Shown piece after piece: positions 19,473 to 29,567 of a DNA stretch of 64,000 nt. The stretch's first letter is position 1. Each line of letters starts with the position of its first letter. The notes under the pieces are model-generated. The model saw only the letters and a program-made list of their open reading frames with translations. It had not been told where the DNA came from and did not search any database. Made by a program: the position numbers and the translations under genes. Origin of the DNA: Polyangiaceae bacterium (GTDB lineage Bacteria; Myxococcota_A; Polyangia; Polyangiales; Polyangiaceae); NCBI GenBank assembly GCA_965222375.1, contig CBDCTZ010000008.1, forward strand, positions 224,001-288,000. Reading direction: 5' to 3'.

Positions 19473-21740
19473 ATGTCAGCGATTCACGTCGTCGTACGCC
19501 CCCGTGACCCCAGCCCCAGCGCCCCGAGCGATTCTCTGCTCGGGTGGCTCGATCTAGTCGTAGACGGGGTCAACTTGACCGCCCGTCTCGGCGAGGCCCA
19601 GACCCTGCCGCTCATTGCCGATCTGTCCCAGGCCGTCACTGCCCTGGATAGCGGCAAGAAGCAGCGGACCTGCCTGCAGGTGTACGGCGACGACGCAGTC
19701 TGGGAGATCGGGCTGGAAAACGATGGCGACGCCATCTTGCTCACCTTGTTCCGGAGCAGCCCCTCGCCGGAGGTGGCCGTCTTCGAACGCCGCTTGGAGC
19801 GCGCTCCCCTACGTGCGGCACTGACCAATACGGTCACCGAAGCTCTGGAGCGGCGACCGTCCGGCGACAGCGCTGGCGGGAGTTTGACTTTGGCGCGTCG
19901 CGCCTTGGCGGAACTTCCGTCCATGCCTGCGGAGGCTGCGCCGAGGGCCTCCTCGACCGTCGCACCTCGCTCGGTGGGTGGACTGCGACTGCGCGCCACC
20001 GCCGCGCTGCGCACAGCGACGGAAGAGCCCGGCAGCGATCCCGCCGTCGAACGCGCCGACCTGCATGCCTTGCTGGCCAAGGGAGACGTGGAGCTATCGA
20101 TCCGCTCTCGTCGAGTGCAACTCGGCGAGACCCACGTCTTCCTCCTCGCCGAACGCCTGCTCGCCCTGGCCGATGATGTGTTGGAAGCCACCCAGGGTGG
20201 CCGAGCCTGCTTTCGCCGCGTCGAACTGGGAAGCCTGAGGATCGGCGTGCAGCGTGGACCGGGCAACACGTCCCTGTCCCTCGTGGTCGGACCGCCCGGG
20301 AAGGACCGAGTGACTTTTCCCGAGGTCGACCCGCTGGCGTTCGCCAAGAGCGTTGCGCGTTTCACGCGATCTTTGTGCGACGCGATGACGGCGCGGGACA
20401 GTGCGGCACGCAACAACCTGCGCCTGACCTCGTGTCGCCACAGCGCTGTGCTGCTGGAGCGGGTCGCCGAGGAGCATGCCGACGGGGACGAGCCCGTCGA
20501 AAACCAGGAGCCCGAGAGCTACCGCAGCTTCGCCACGCCGCGACGCAGCGAATCCACGGGTCGCTGGTCGCACGGAGGCAAGATGCGCTTCGTGCCGCGC
20601 TGGGTGGCCACGGTGCCGAGCATCGATCTGCGTGCGACCTACTTGTGCGGTGACCGCTTGATCGTCGGCTCGGAACGCGAGACCGCGTGCATCCACCGGA
20701 CCACCGGCGCGCTGCTCTGGCGCATCCCCTCACCCCGGGCTGCCAGCGTCGCCACCCCCGCGGGCCTCGCCCGTCTGTATGCCGACGGCCGCGTTGCTCT
20801 GCACGACTTGGCCACGGGTGCGGTGCGCTTCGAGAGTCGCGTGGCGCCCCGCGCGGGCGGCGGAGCCACCGGCGCAGTCGTGCACAGCGCGGGGCTGCCC
20901 AAGCTGCTCGTGCTGACCGAAGGCGATCGCCGCATCACCGCATTGGATCTGGTCGGCGGGGACATTCGATGGCGCTACACCGCACGCCGGGCCGGCGCCT
21001 ACCGCGTGCGCCGGGCGGGTCGGTTGCTCCTAGTCAGCGGCGGCGACCGCAGCCTGACGGCGCTCGAAGTCGGCAGCGGTGAGGTCGTGTGGCGCTTGCG
21101 CTCCGAGGCGCCTCTGTCCGCGGAACTCACCGTGGACCATGACTGCGCTTTCGCGCTGTCCGGAGACGGCGAGGGCGCCATGTTGCTCAGCGTCGATCCC
21201 TGGACGGGCGCCATTCGCTGGCGTGCCGAAATCGAGGAGTGCCTGGCTCCTGGACAACGAGTCATCGTGACCCGAGACGCCATTGTCGTTCCCCTGCGCG
21301 ATCGGCGCGGGAGCGGGCTCGCGGGCTACTGCCGACAGACCGGCGCGAAGCTTTGGCAGCACGAGCCCGGACTCGCGGCCCCCACGGTGGCCTGGCTCGG
21401 GGTGGATTCGGTCGTGATCGGCAACAGCGCAGCCGGCACCCTGCTCTGCATCGGCGGCAGCGACGGCCGGGTTCGCTTCAGCCATGCCTTCCCTCGCCAC
21501 GTCGATGCGGACCAACCGCGACGGCTCGAGCCGGTGTTGCGCAGCGGCGCGCTGTTCGTGCCCCAACAACAGGTGCATGTGGTTCGGCCCCGGGATGGTG
21601 AAACCCTGGGCGTCCTGCCAACGGATCTGATTCCAGATCTTCTCCGCGTCGACGAGCGCTGCGACGTCTACGTGGCCGAAGAGAGCGGCCACGTGGCCGC
21701 TTTCGGTGCCGCCGCCCGCCTGACCCTGGTCAAGGGCTAG
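19473..21740 (+). CDS. PQQ-binding-like beta-propeller repeat protein
   Basis: Repeated (A)LD..TG...W blades (RTTGALLW, DLATGAVRF, DLVGGDIRW, DPWTGAIRW, RQTGAKLW). Confidence 0.8.
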   Translation: MSAIHVVVRPRDPSPSAPSDSLLGWLDLVVDGVNLTARLGEAQTLPLIADLSQAVTALDSGKKQRTCLQVYGDDAVWEIGLENDGDAILLTLFRSSPSPEVAVFERRLERAPLRAALTNTVTEALERRPSGDSAGGSLTLARRALAELPSMPAEAAPRASSTVAPRSVGGLRLRATAALRTATEEPGSDPAVERADLHALLAKGDVELSIRSRRVQLGETHVFLLAERLLALADDVLEATQGGRACFRRVELGSLRIGVQRGPGNTSLSLVVGPPGKDRVTFPEVDPLAFAKSVARFTRSLCDAMTARDSAARNNLRLTSCRHSAVLLERVAEEHADGDEPVENQEPESYRSFATPRRSESTGRWSHGGKMRFVPRWVATVPSIDLRATYLCGDRLIVGSERETACIHRTTGALLWRIPSPRAASVATPAGLARLYADGRVALHDLATGAVRFESRVAPRAGGGATGAVVHSAGLPKLLVLTEGDRRITALDLVGGDIRWRYTARRAGAYRVRRAGRLLLVSGGDRSLTALEVGSGEVVWRLRSEAPLSAELTVDHDCAFALSGDGEGAMLLSVDPWTGAIRWRAEIEECLAPGQRVIVTRDAIVVPLRDRRGSGLAGYCRQTGAKLWQHEPGLAAPTVAWLGVDSVVIGNSAAGTLLCIGGSDGRVRFSHAFPRHVDADQPRRLEPVLRSGALFVPQQQVHVVRPRDGETLGVLPTDLIPDLLRVDERCDVYVAEESGHVAAFGAAARLTLVKG

Positions 21741-21765
21741 CTTATATGCACTATGCATATAAGCT
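21739..21765. repeat. perfect AT-rich inverted repeat (12-bp arms)
   Basis: AGCTTATATGCA-cta-TGCATATAAGCT at the stop of the propeller gene. Confidence 0.8.
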
Positions 21766-22121
21766 CCCAGGGTGCAGCGGACCTCTTCAACGGCTCGGAT
21801 TCAGAGTTGCGCGCGCAACACTGAATTCGAGTGAGAGACCCCTCCGCACGAGGGTACGCTGGCCGGCGGCAGTCTGCCCAGGTTCGCCGCAGCCGCGTCG
21901 CGCGCCCCGCGGGCGAGAGCTCCTGCGCCGCCACCGCCTGACGCAAACACAGCTCTGTTGCCATCCAAAAAAACAAAGGTCCGTTCAGGGGTTTGGGTCT
22001 GCAACAGAGCTGCCCTGTCCCCCGCAGCCGACGCCGCAGCAACCCTCCCCCGCGTTCGCGCAGAGTTCGCCGGACCCGCTAGCCACGCGGGCAGCCGGTC
22101 CCAATCTCGTCGGTCGAAACG

Positions 22122-22946
22122 TCAGCCGCTGTGGGCTTCGCCGCCGTCGATGCAGAGCACGTTGCCGTTGAGCCAGTAGGTGCAGGGCTGGGCCAATGCC
22201 ACCAGGGCGCGCGCAACGTCGAAGGGCTCGGTCAGGCGGTGGGATGGGTTCTTGCGCACGGCCACTTGAACCATGGTCTCGTTGTCCGGGATCTTCTTTA
22301 GGGCGGGCGTATCCGTGACGCCAGCGCAGACGGCGTTGGCGGTAATGCCTCTCGGGCCCAACTCCAATGCGAGCTGACGGATGTGTGACTCCAGTGCACT
22401 CTTGGCGGCGCTGACGGCGCCGTAGCCACGCCAGACCGAAGTCGAACCGGTGCTCGTCATGGCGAAGATGCGACCGTCTTCACTGAGCAACCCGCGCTGG
22501 AGCACGTCTTGAGTCCAGTAGACGAGGCTGTGGGCCATCACGTCCAGGGTCATATCCATCTGCTTGGCCGTGACCTGGTCCTTGTCGGACTCCGCGACGA
22601 AAGGCCTCAAGGTTCCGAACGCGAGCGAGTGAAGCAGCACGCGAACCTGCTCTGACTTGCCACGCTCGTCGAAGCGCCTTTTGACGTCCGACAAGACCTC
22701 GGCCCGCTTCGCGGGGTCCGCTGCGTTGATGTTGTAAAACCACGCTTCTCGGCCCACGTCCTTGATCGCGGCGGTGATGCGCTCGACGTTCGGCATCGTG
22801 GATCGGCGATCGAGGTGGATGCCAATGACGTTCAACCCCGCACGTGCGAAGGTGACGCTGCACGCCTCACCAAAGCCGCTTGAGGCGCCAAGAATCACTA
22901 CCCAGCCGTCGAGGGCCGGCAAGCTCACGTCTCGCTCTCGAGTCAT
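22122..22946 (-). CDS. SDR family enoyl-ACP reductase (FabL-like)
   Basis: GASSGFG nucleotide-binding motif, YGAVSAAK (Yx6K), GVTDTPAL. Confidence 0.8.
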   Translation of the reverse strand: MTRERDVSLPALDGWVVILGASSGFGEACSVTFARAGLNVIGIHLDRRSTMPNVERITAAIKDVGREAWFYNINAADPAKRAEVLSDVKRRFDERGKSEQVRVLLHSLAFGTLRPFVAESDKDQVTAKQMDMTLDVMAHSLVYWTQDVLQRGLLSEDGRIFAMTSTGSTSVWRGYGAVSAAKSALESHIRQLALELGPRGITANAVCAGVTDTPALKKIPDNETMVQVAVRKNPSHRLTEPFDVARALVALAQPCTYWLNGNVLCIDGGEAHSG

Positions 22947-22964
22947 GTTCGTGCTGCCTGTGTA

Positions 22965-23471
22965 CTACACGTCCGGGGCTGGGGAAGAGGCGTTCTTCGG
23001 GCTTTCCAGTGTGGACCCACGGCTGGAACGGGGCGCCGGCAACGAATAGCCCACCTCCGCCGCCTTGGAGCGGACGAATCGGGTGATCGCCGCGATGGGA
23101 ACGTTGGTCGGGCAGAGCGCCTCTTTTTCCGCGAGAATTTCCTCGGGCACGTGGGTCAGGCTCGCCGCGGCGGCTCGAAAATCCGGCATGCTTCTCGACC
23201 CAGCGAGCACGATGGCCATGACGCCCCGATAAGCGCCGTCGGACTGCTCGATCCGCTCCCCTTCGCCGCGATCACACAACTCGCATGCGATGCAGCGGCC
23301 AAAACCCGACATGACCTCGCGCTCGTCCGGCGTGACCGGCGGCAGACGATCGGCGTCGTAGTTCTCTCGGAAAGCGGCGATCCCCTTCCGACCGCCACCG
23401 AACAGCCGGATGAAGAAGGTGCGCACCAGGGCCCAGGTCAGGAACAAGAATGCTTTCAGGCGGCCCGGCAC
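22965..23471 (-). CDS. membrane-anchored protein with Fe-S-like cysteines
   Basis: N-terminal TM; CIACELCD and CPTNVP. Confidence 0.55.
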   Translation of the reverse strand: MPGRLKAFLFLTWALVRTFFIRLFGGGRKGIAAFRENYDADRLPPVTPDEREVMSGFGRCIACELCDRGEGERIEQSDGAYRGVMAIVLAGSRSMPDFRAAAASLTHVPEEILAEKEALCPTNVPIAAITRFVRSKAAEVGYSLPAPRSSRGSTLESPKNASSPAPDV

Positions 23472-23636
23472 GACCCGGGCACCCTAGCGGCTTTGTCTTG
23501 TCGCGTCAGGGTGGGAACAAGCGAGCGCTTGGTGACGTAAGACGAAGCAGGGGGTCCGTCACACTGTTACGCTCGACTGTTACGCTGTGACGCTGGGTTA
23601 CGCCGCCTAAGTTATTGAAATTATTAGCTAGAAAGC

Positions 23637-23652
23637 TGGCACGCCGCATGCT
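23637..23652 (+). promoter_or_regulatory. sigma-54 (-24/-12) promoter upstream of ECF sigma gene
   Basis: TGGCACG-CCGC-ATGCT, GG and GC 12 nt apart; AT-rich tract and CTGTTACGCT repeats upstream. Confidence 0.6.
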
Positions 23653-23664
23653 CATAGACTCAGC

Positions 23665-24288
23665 ATGCAGACCGCAACCACCCAAGCGCCCCTCTCCACC
23701 ACCTGGGACGAGCAGACCCTGCTCGCCGGCCTCATCGCCGACGAGGAGCGGGCCTGGCGGGCCTTCTCGGATCAGTACGCACGTCTGATCTACCGCTGCA
23801 TTACCCGGGTGACCGCTCGCTTCGCCGCAGTGGTTGGACCGGAAGATGTCCGGGAGATCTACGCCATGCTCTGCGTTGCTCTGCTCGCCAACGACAAGAA
23901 GAAGCTCCGGACCTTCGAGCCCGGCCGTGGAAACAAGCTGGGCAGCTGGATCGGAATGCTGGCGATTCACGCCGCCTACGACTACCTGCGCACCGTCAAG
24001 CGCGAGCCGAAGCGGACCGGCCTGACCGAAGCCGAGTCCCTCAGCTCGGAGCTGCCCAACCCCTACGACCACTGCGTTCGCCGCGAACAGGCCGAAATCG
24101 TTGAAGGTCTGTTCCAGCGCTTCACGGACAAGGACCAAGAGTTCATCCGCCTCTACTTCGGCGACGGATTGGAGCCCGAAGAGGTGGCGGAGCGCATGGG
24201 GATCAGCATCAAGACCGTCTATTCCAAGAAGCACAAGATCCGCACTCGCCTCGAAAACCTGCTCTCCGAGCAGCGCCTGGCAGCCTGA
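23665..24288 (+). CDS. ECF-type RNA polymerase sigma-70 factor
   Basis: Region 2 (AWRAFSDQYARLIY..KLGSWI..AYDYLR) and region 4 HTH (EEVAERMGISIKTVYSKKHK). Confidence 0.9.
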   Translation: MQTATTQAPLSTTWDEQTLLAGLIADEERAWRAFSDQYARLIYRCITRVTARFAAVVGPEDVREIYAMLCVALLANDKKKLRTFEPGRGNKLGSWIGMLAIHAAYDYLRTVKREPKRTGLTEAESLSSELPNPYDHCVRREQAEIVEGLFQRFTDKDQEFIRLYFGDGLEPEEVAERMGISIKTVYSKKHKIRTRLENLLSEQRLAA

Positions 24289-24336
24289 GCCGCACCAAGT
24301 TGCGAGCCGCCGGCGTCTGGTCTAAACACCAGATGC

Positions 24337-25143
24337 GTGGCGGCTTTACGGCTATTGGTAGTGGGAATTGCGCTTGCCGTCGCTACCGGGTGTAGCGACG
24401 GAGAGCCGGGCGATGTCGCCCTCGCCCCCAAGCCCAAGGGCGATGTTCGAGGTTCTGGCTCCCGGCTGTCGGAGCTGAACGACCCGGCCAATCCGCGCCC
24501 GCCAGATGGTTCGGAGGTCGACGTCACGGGCATCACCGTACTGACCGTCGATACCTTCGACGAGACCAACAACGGCGCCAGCGTCGGGAACCTCTACGCC
24601 CAGGATCTTCCGGTCGATGGAACCGTGCCGCCCTTCGGCGGCATCACCTTGTTCAACACCAGTTTCAATCCCCCCACCCTCCGCGTCGCGCCCGGAGACG
24701 TGGTGGATGTGCGGGGCGCCTACGAGGAGTTCCTGGGCCCGCCGAGCAGCCCCTTCGACCCGGGTGAGAGCTTGCCGGAGATCGTTGGCGGCACGGTGAA
24801 GCTTCGCTTCGAACACGTGGTGCCCGAGCCGATCACGATCCCGCTCCAAGATTTGGCGAGCTACGACACCGGCCGCAAATGGATCGGCATGTTGGTGCGC
24901 GTGGAGAACGTGAAAGCCCAGTCCGACGGCTTCAAGGCCGGCTCAGGGCGCTTCTCGGTTCGCTTGGACGTACCGGGGGTCGCGGAGTCGGATCTACCGA
25001 CCATCAACAACGCCTTGTACGATGTCGAGTCCGCGCCCGTGTCGTGGGCCACCGGGACGCAGTACACGTCCGTGGTCGGCATCGTTCAGTTCTTCTTCAC
25101 CTTCGCCATCGGCCCGCGTTCCGAGGCGGATATCACCCCGTAA
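24337..25143 (+). CDS. lipoprotein with OB-fold-like domains
   Basis: Lipobox ATGC; LYAQD, VAPGDVVDVRGAYEEF, MLVRVENV, PRSEADI. Confidence 0.6.
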   Translation: MAALRLLVVGIALAVATGCSDGEPGDVALAPKPKGDVRGSGSRLSELNDPANPRPPDGSEVDVTGITVLTVDTFDETNNGASVGNLYAQDLPVDGTVPPFGGITLFNTSFNPPTLRVAPGDVVDVRGAYEEFLGPPSSPFDPGESLPEIVGGTVKLRFEHVVPEPITIPLQDLASYDTGRKWIGMLVRVENVKAQSDGFKAGSGRFSVRLDVPGVAESDLPTINNALYDVESAPVSWATGTQYTSVVGIVQFFFTFAIGPRSEADITP

Positions 25144-27476
25144 TGTCGCTTGGATTGCGGCTGTCGCGGGCCGCGGCTGCCGCGACCCTCCTTGTCGCAT
25201 GCGCCGGCAGCCCTGGTCGCAGCAGGCCGCCCCAACACGGCCCCGGCATTGCACCCCCAGCCCAACACCCGCGGCTCGAGCTCCTGGAGAGCACCGATCG
25301 ACCTGCCATCGCCAGGGTCAATCGCGGTGGGGATCCCTTGGCCGGCGTAGCCGTGGCCGTGGCCCACGATGGCGGTTCGGTCGCGTCGGTCGCGTTGGCG
25401 GGGCTGGTCGAAGCTCGACTGCGTCCGAGCTTTCCGGACGCCATCACCCGTCCTCACGATCTTGGGTTGGTCGTCAGCCACTTGGTTGCCGACCCTCAAA
25501 GCGCGGTGCGCTTCACCCAGAGCACGCTCTCGGCGTTGTCGACTCCGGTCGCCGCCGGCGACCCCGCCGTCGAAGAGGCACGCAAGAAGCTCGCTGCGTT
25601 GGTCCAAATTCGCGGGGGCCAAGCCGGCGACGATCCGATCCGTCGCTGCAGCGGCGAGCTGGCCGCCGGCGGACCTTTGCCCAAGCTGGATGGCGCCAGC
25701 CTGGAAAGCATGCGTGATCGCAGTGCCCGGACGCAGGGCGTCTCCGTGGGCGTGCTCGGCGCTCGGGGGATCTTGGACGCCGTGACCCACGCTGTGCAGA
25801 GCGGAGCAGCCTGGCCTGAAGGTGGCCCCGAAGACCCCTGGCCCACCGCGGGCCGCGTATATGGCACCGCCACGGCCAGCGGTGGCCCATCGCTGTCCGT
25901 CGCGCTGCGCCTCGACGATGGCGCCCGTGCCATCGCGGCCGCCCGGGCCCTGGGGCGCGGGGGCAGCGAGCGGCTGCGAGCGCGTCTGTCGGCGCTGAGC
26001 CCAGAGTTTCGAGTGGAACGCATCGCTGCCACCACGCGGCCACGGGGTGCCTGCTTGCGGATCGATTTGACGACTTCGGACTCGAAAGTCAGCGCCGAGG
26101 CTGCGGCGTGGGCCGCCCTGATCACCGAACGCGAGGCCCTGAGCGTGGCGCCAAAGGGAAGCGGCGCATGGTGGGACATCGAGGACGGCGTGCTGCGTGC
26201 CTCCGACCCTCGGGAAGCTGCAGCCGTTGCCGCCTGGCGCGCCTTGAGCGGAAAGCTCGTCGCCAAGGAGCCCCTTCGCTTCGTGCGTTTCTCTGGTCCA
26301 CGGGGCGCTCAACTACAGGCACAGCTGTCGAAAATCGAAGCGCGAAAGCCCGCTGAAATCGAAACCCGCACGCGGGTGGAGTCCGGCCAGGGAGAGCTGT
26401 GGCTCTTGGCTGCGTCGGACTGCGGTGTAGCACAAGAGTCCGAATCCGATAGCGGTATCACCGCCCTGATGCTCACCGCTCTGGCGCAAGCCGCTGCCGA
26501 GCGTCACCACGACATCGTGTTCGAACCTTGGATTTCTCCCGACCACGTGGGGCTCATGGCCCACGGCCCTCGCCAAGGTCCGGGCGAGACGGAGCAAGCG
26601 CATGCCCAGCGCATCGGCGATGCCCTGGGCTGGGCGCTCGCCGGCACGCGCCTGAAGGGCCCGCATGTGGCCGAAGCGCGCACGAGTATGACGACGACGC
26701 TCTCCGACGTCAGTGGCTCCCTGCGGCCAACCCTGCTCTCGGCGCTCAGCCCGATGCACCCTTCGTGGCTCGAGCCGCGGGGAACCTTCACCGCCTTGAG
26801 CGGGCACACGGGTCATGCGGCGGAGGCCCGGCGTCGCACCTGGCTGAGCGAGCCGTTGCGCTTGGCGATCTTGTCGAGCGGCGATCCCGCGCAGACCCGT
26901 GTCGTGCAAGAAGCCTTCGCGAGTTGGGTGCTACCCGGGCGTGGCGCTCTCCGAAGCTGTCCCAGCACTTCCGGCGCTCCAGCCAAAACCGGACAGCTGG
27001 AAGTCGACGGTCCCGACAAGGGCCAGGCCGTCGTGGCTGTGCCTCTCACCGCGGGTGCTCAGCGCGAGGCCCACTGGCTCGCCTTCCTGATGAACCGCCC
27101 CGGCGGACTGCTGGACCACGCTCTGGGTGGCACGCGCCTAGGGCGCGGACGGGCCCAGGTGATCGGCGGAACGAAGCGCGGCGCGCTTCTGGTGGAAGTG
27201 CACGGTTTCCCGGAGACCTTCAAGGACGCCATCGCCCAGGTCCGCGCACTGCTCTCGCGGTTGGCCTCCGGCGCCCTGGTTGCCACGGATTTCGAGCGCG
27301 CTCGGGAGCACTTCGCGCGGGTCGAGCTGCGCCGCTCCCTCGACCCCCGGGAGCGCCTGGCTCGAACCTGGGGCGCCCAGGCGGCGCCCGCCCCGAGCCT
27401 CAATTCGCTGCGACGTTTCTGTCAGCTCAATCTGGCTGCCTCGCGCCATCTCGTGGTGCGTTCCAGCGCACCCTGA
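25143..27476 (+). CDS. lipoprotein, M16 peptidase-like (no HxxEH, probably inactive)
   Basis: TAATG coupling; lipobox LVAC; ESESDSGITAL and DFERAR patterns reminiscent of M16 domains. Confidence 0.45.
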   Translation: MSLGLRLSRAAAAATLLVACAGSPGRSRPPQHGPGIAPPAQHPRLELLESTDRPAIARVNRGGDPLAGVAVAVAHDGGSVASVALAGLVEARLRPSFPDAITRPHDLGLVVSHLVADPQSAVRFTQSTLSALSTPVAAGDPAVEEARKKLAALVQIRGGQAGDDPIRRCSGELAAGGPLPKLDGASLESMRDRSARTQGVSVGVLGARGILDAVTHAVQSGAAWPEGGPEDPWPTAGRVYGTATASGGPSLSVALRLDDGARAIAAARALGRGGSERLRARLSALSPEFRVERIAATTRPRGACLRIDLTTSDSKVSAEAAAWAALITEREALSVAPKGSGAWWDIEDGVLRASDPREAAAVAAWRALSGKLVAKEPLRFVRFSGPRGAQLQAQLSKIEARKPAEIETRTRVESGQGELWLLAASDCGVAQESESDSGITALMLTALAQAAAERHHDIVFEPWISPDHVGLMAHGPRQGPGETEQAHAQRIGDALGWALAGTRLKGPHVAEARTSMTTTLSDVSGSLRPTLLSALSPMHPSWLEPRGTFTALSGHTGHAAEARRRTWLSEPLRLAILSSGDPAQTRVVQEAFASWVLPGRGALRSCPSTSGAPAKTGQLEVDGPDKGQAVVAVPLTAGAQREAHWLAFLMNRPGGLLDHALGGTRLGRGRAQVIGGTKRGALLVEVHGFPETFKDAIAQVRALLSRLASGALVATDFERAREHFARVELRRSLDPRERLARTWGAQAAPAPSLNSLRRFCQLNLAASRHLVVRSSAP

Positions 27477-27600
27477 GCCATGCGTTCCAGCGCACCCTGA
27501 GCCATGCGTTCCAGCGCACCCTGAGCCATGCGTTCCAGCGCACCCTGAGCCGCGCGTTCCAGCGCACCCTGAGCCGCGCGTTCCAGCGCACCCTGAGCCG
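27457..27600. repeat. 24-bp tandem repeat x6
   Basis: (T/C)GCGTTCCAGCGCACCCTGAGCC(A/G) six head-to-tail copies; first copy contains the upstream stop codon. Confidence 0.95.
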
Positions 27601-27684
27601 TGCCGCGAGCCCCGAGCGCGTGCTTCCGCGCCCCGGCAGCCGAGCCTCCCCTCGGACCGAAGGTCGTGGTACGAGACCAGCGCT

Positions 27685-29232
27685 ATGAATCGCGACTTGG
27701 TTCTCGTTCTCGACTATGGCTCGCAATACACCCAGCTCATCGCAAGGCGAGTCCGCGAGTGTCACGTCTACTGCGAGATCCACCCCGGCACCATCGACCT
27801 GGAAGCCATTCGCCGCATCGGGGCCAAGGCGATCATCTTGTCAGGCGGTCCGGATTCGGTTTACTCCGACACCGCGCCCAAGAGCGATCCAGGGCTCTTC
27901 GACTTGGGCCTGCCCGTGCTGGGGATCTGCTACGGCGAGCAGCTGATGGCGCAACAATTGGGCGGCAACGTCGAACCGTCTCAGGAGCGGGAGTACGGTC
28001 CCGCCAAACTGAAGGTGGTCGACCCGGTCGGGATCTTGGCGCCGTTTTCCGCAGGCGAAGAGCTGTCCGTATGGATGAGTCACGGCGACAAACTCACCAA
28101 GCCTCCGCCCGGCTTCCGCGCCATCGGCGAAAGCGGCTCGGCTCCCCTGGCGGCGATCGCCAACCCAGAGCGGAACCTGTTCGGGATCCAGTTCCATCCC
28201 GAAGTCGCACACACGCCGCGAGGCCTCGAAGTCCTGCGAGCGTTCTTATTCGACGTCGCTGGCCTCGAGCCCACCTGGACGCCGGGCTCCTTCGTGGACG
28301 AGGCCATCGAGAGGATTCAGTCCCAGGTTACCGCGGATGAGCGGGCCATCTTGGGCCTCAGCGGCGGAGTGGATTCCTCGGTGGCCGCGGTGCTGTGCCA
28401 CAAGGCGCTCGGGGACCGCTTGGTCTGCATCTTCGTCGACAACGGCGTACTCCGGGAGGGCGAGCGGGAAAGCGTGGAGCACACCATGCGCCAGAGCTTT
28501 CACCTCAACCTCATCGTCGTCGACGCCCGCAAACGGTTCTTGGACGCGCTTGCTGGCGTCACGGATCCGGAGAAGAAGCGGAAGATCATCGGGCACGAGT
28601 TCATCGAAGTTTTCGACGAACATGCCGCACGAGTGGAAAACGCCAAGTACCTGGTGCAGGGCACCCTGTATCCGGACGTGATCGAAAGCGTCAGCGTGCG
28701 GGGCCCCAGTGCGGTCATCAAGAGCCACCACAACGTGGGCGGACTGCCCGAACGCATGAAGCTGAAACTGATCGAACCGCTTCGCGAGTTGTTCAAGGAC
28801 GAAGTGCGGCAGGTGGGCGAAGCCTTGGGCATGCCCCACGACGTGTTGTGGCGGCAGCCCTTCCCGGGCCCGGGCCTGGCCGTGCGCTGCCTGGGCGACT
28901 TGCAGGAGCAGCGCCTCGACACCCTTCGAGCTGCGGATGCGATCGTGGATGAGGAAGTCCGCGCAGCGGGCCTGTACGGATCCCTGTGGCAGTCCTTTGC
29001 GGTGCTACTTCCGGTGCGCAGCGTGGGCGTCATGGGAGACGATCGCACCTACGAAGAGACCTGCATCATTCGCGCCGTGCAATCCAGCGACGGGATGACC
29101 GCAGACTGGGCTCGCCTGCCCCACGACCTCTTGGCAACCATGTCCGCACGCATCATCAACGAGGTCGCGGGCATCAACCGCGTTGCCTACGACATCAGCA
29201 GCAAGCCCCCATCGACCATCGAATGGGAATGA
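27685..29232 (+). CDS. guaA: GMP synthase (glutamine-hydrolysing)
   Basis: LDYGSQYTQLIARR, GICYG, QFHPEV, SGGVDS, IKSHHNVGGLP, KPPSTIEWE. Confidence 0.98.
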   Translation: MNRDLVLVLDYGSQYTQLIARRVRECHVYCEIHPGTIDLEAIRRIGAKAIILSGGPDSVYSDTAPKSDPGLFDLGLPVLGICYGEQLMAQQLGGNVEPSQEREYGPAKLKVVDPVGILAPFSAGEELSVWMSHGDKLTKPPPGFRAIGESGSAPLAAIANPERNLFGIQFHPEVAHTPRGLEVLRAFLFDVAGLEPTWTPGSFVDEAIERIQSQVTADERAILGLSGGVDSSVAAVLCHKALGDRLVCIFVDNGVLREGERESVEHTMRQSFHLNLIVVDARKRFLDALAGVTDPEKKRKIIGHEFIEVFDEHAARVENAKYLVQGTLYPDVIESVSVRGPSAVIKSHHNVGGLPERMKLKLIEPLRELFKDEVRQVGEALGMPHDVLWRQPFPGPGLAVRCLGDLQEQRLDTLRAADAIVDEEVRAAGLYGSLWQSFAVLLPVRSVGVMGDDRTYEETCIIRAVQSSDGMTADWARLPHDLLATMSARIINEVAGINRVAYDISSKPPSTIEWE

Positions 29233-29534
29233 ACCGGCGCCTCTGGATCGCGAGCGCGGCTTGCATGGCGCTGGGGTGCGGCGGTTTGGTCGGGCGGCCC
29301 GCCGTCTCCCTCAAGTTTCAATCCAAGCCCGGCACGCCCGCGGATGCCTCCGTCTACATCGACGAGGAGTACATCGGCCCCTTGGGCTATGTGGCCGCCC
29401 ACGGCGTGCGCCTGCCCCTGGGACAGCACCGCATCACCGTCCAGCGCACCGGCTATTTTCCGTGGGATCGCCTGGTGGAAGCGGACCGCAAGCCCATCCT
29501 GCTGCAGGTCCAGCTAGTGCCCGTTCCCGACTGA
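29229..29534 (+). CDS. PEGA domain lipoprotein
   Basis: ATGA overlap with guaA; lipobox ALGC; PADASVYIDEEYIG..LPLGQHRITVQRTGY. Confidence 0.75.
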   Translation: MNRRLWIASAACMALGCGGLVGRPAVSLKFQSKPGTPADASVYIDEEYIGPLGYVAAHGVRLPLGQHRITVQRTGYFPWDRLVEADRKPILLQVQLVPVPD

Positions 29535-29567
29535 CGTTTTGGCGCATAGAGGCCAAAGCGTGTTGTG

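Noticed and set aside
27457..27600. Possible CRISPR array
   Set aside because: Head-to-tail 24-bp units with no spacers and no cas genes; simple minisatellite
27280..27684. N-terminal extension of GuaA with CVPAHPEP repeats
   Set aside because: Read-through of the minisatellite; GuaA similarity begins at ATG 27685
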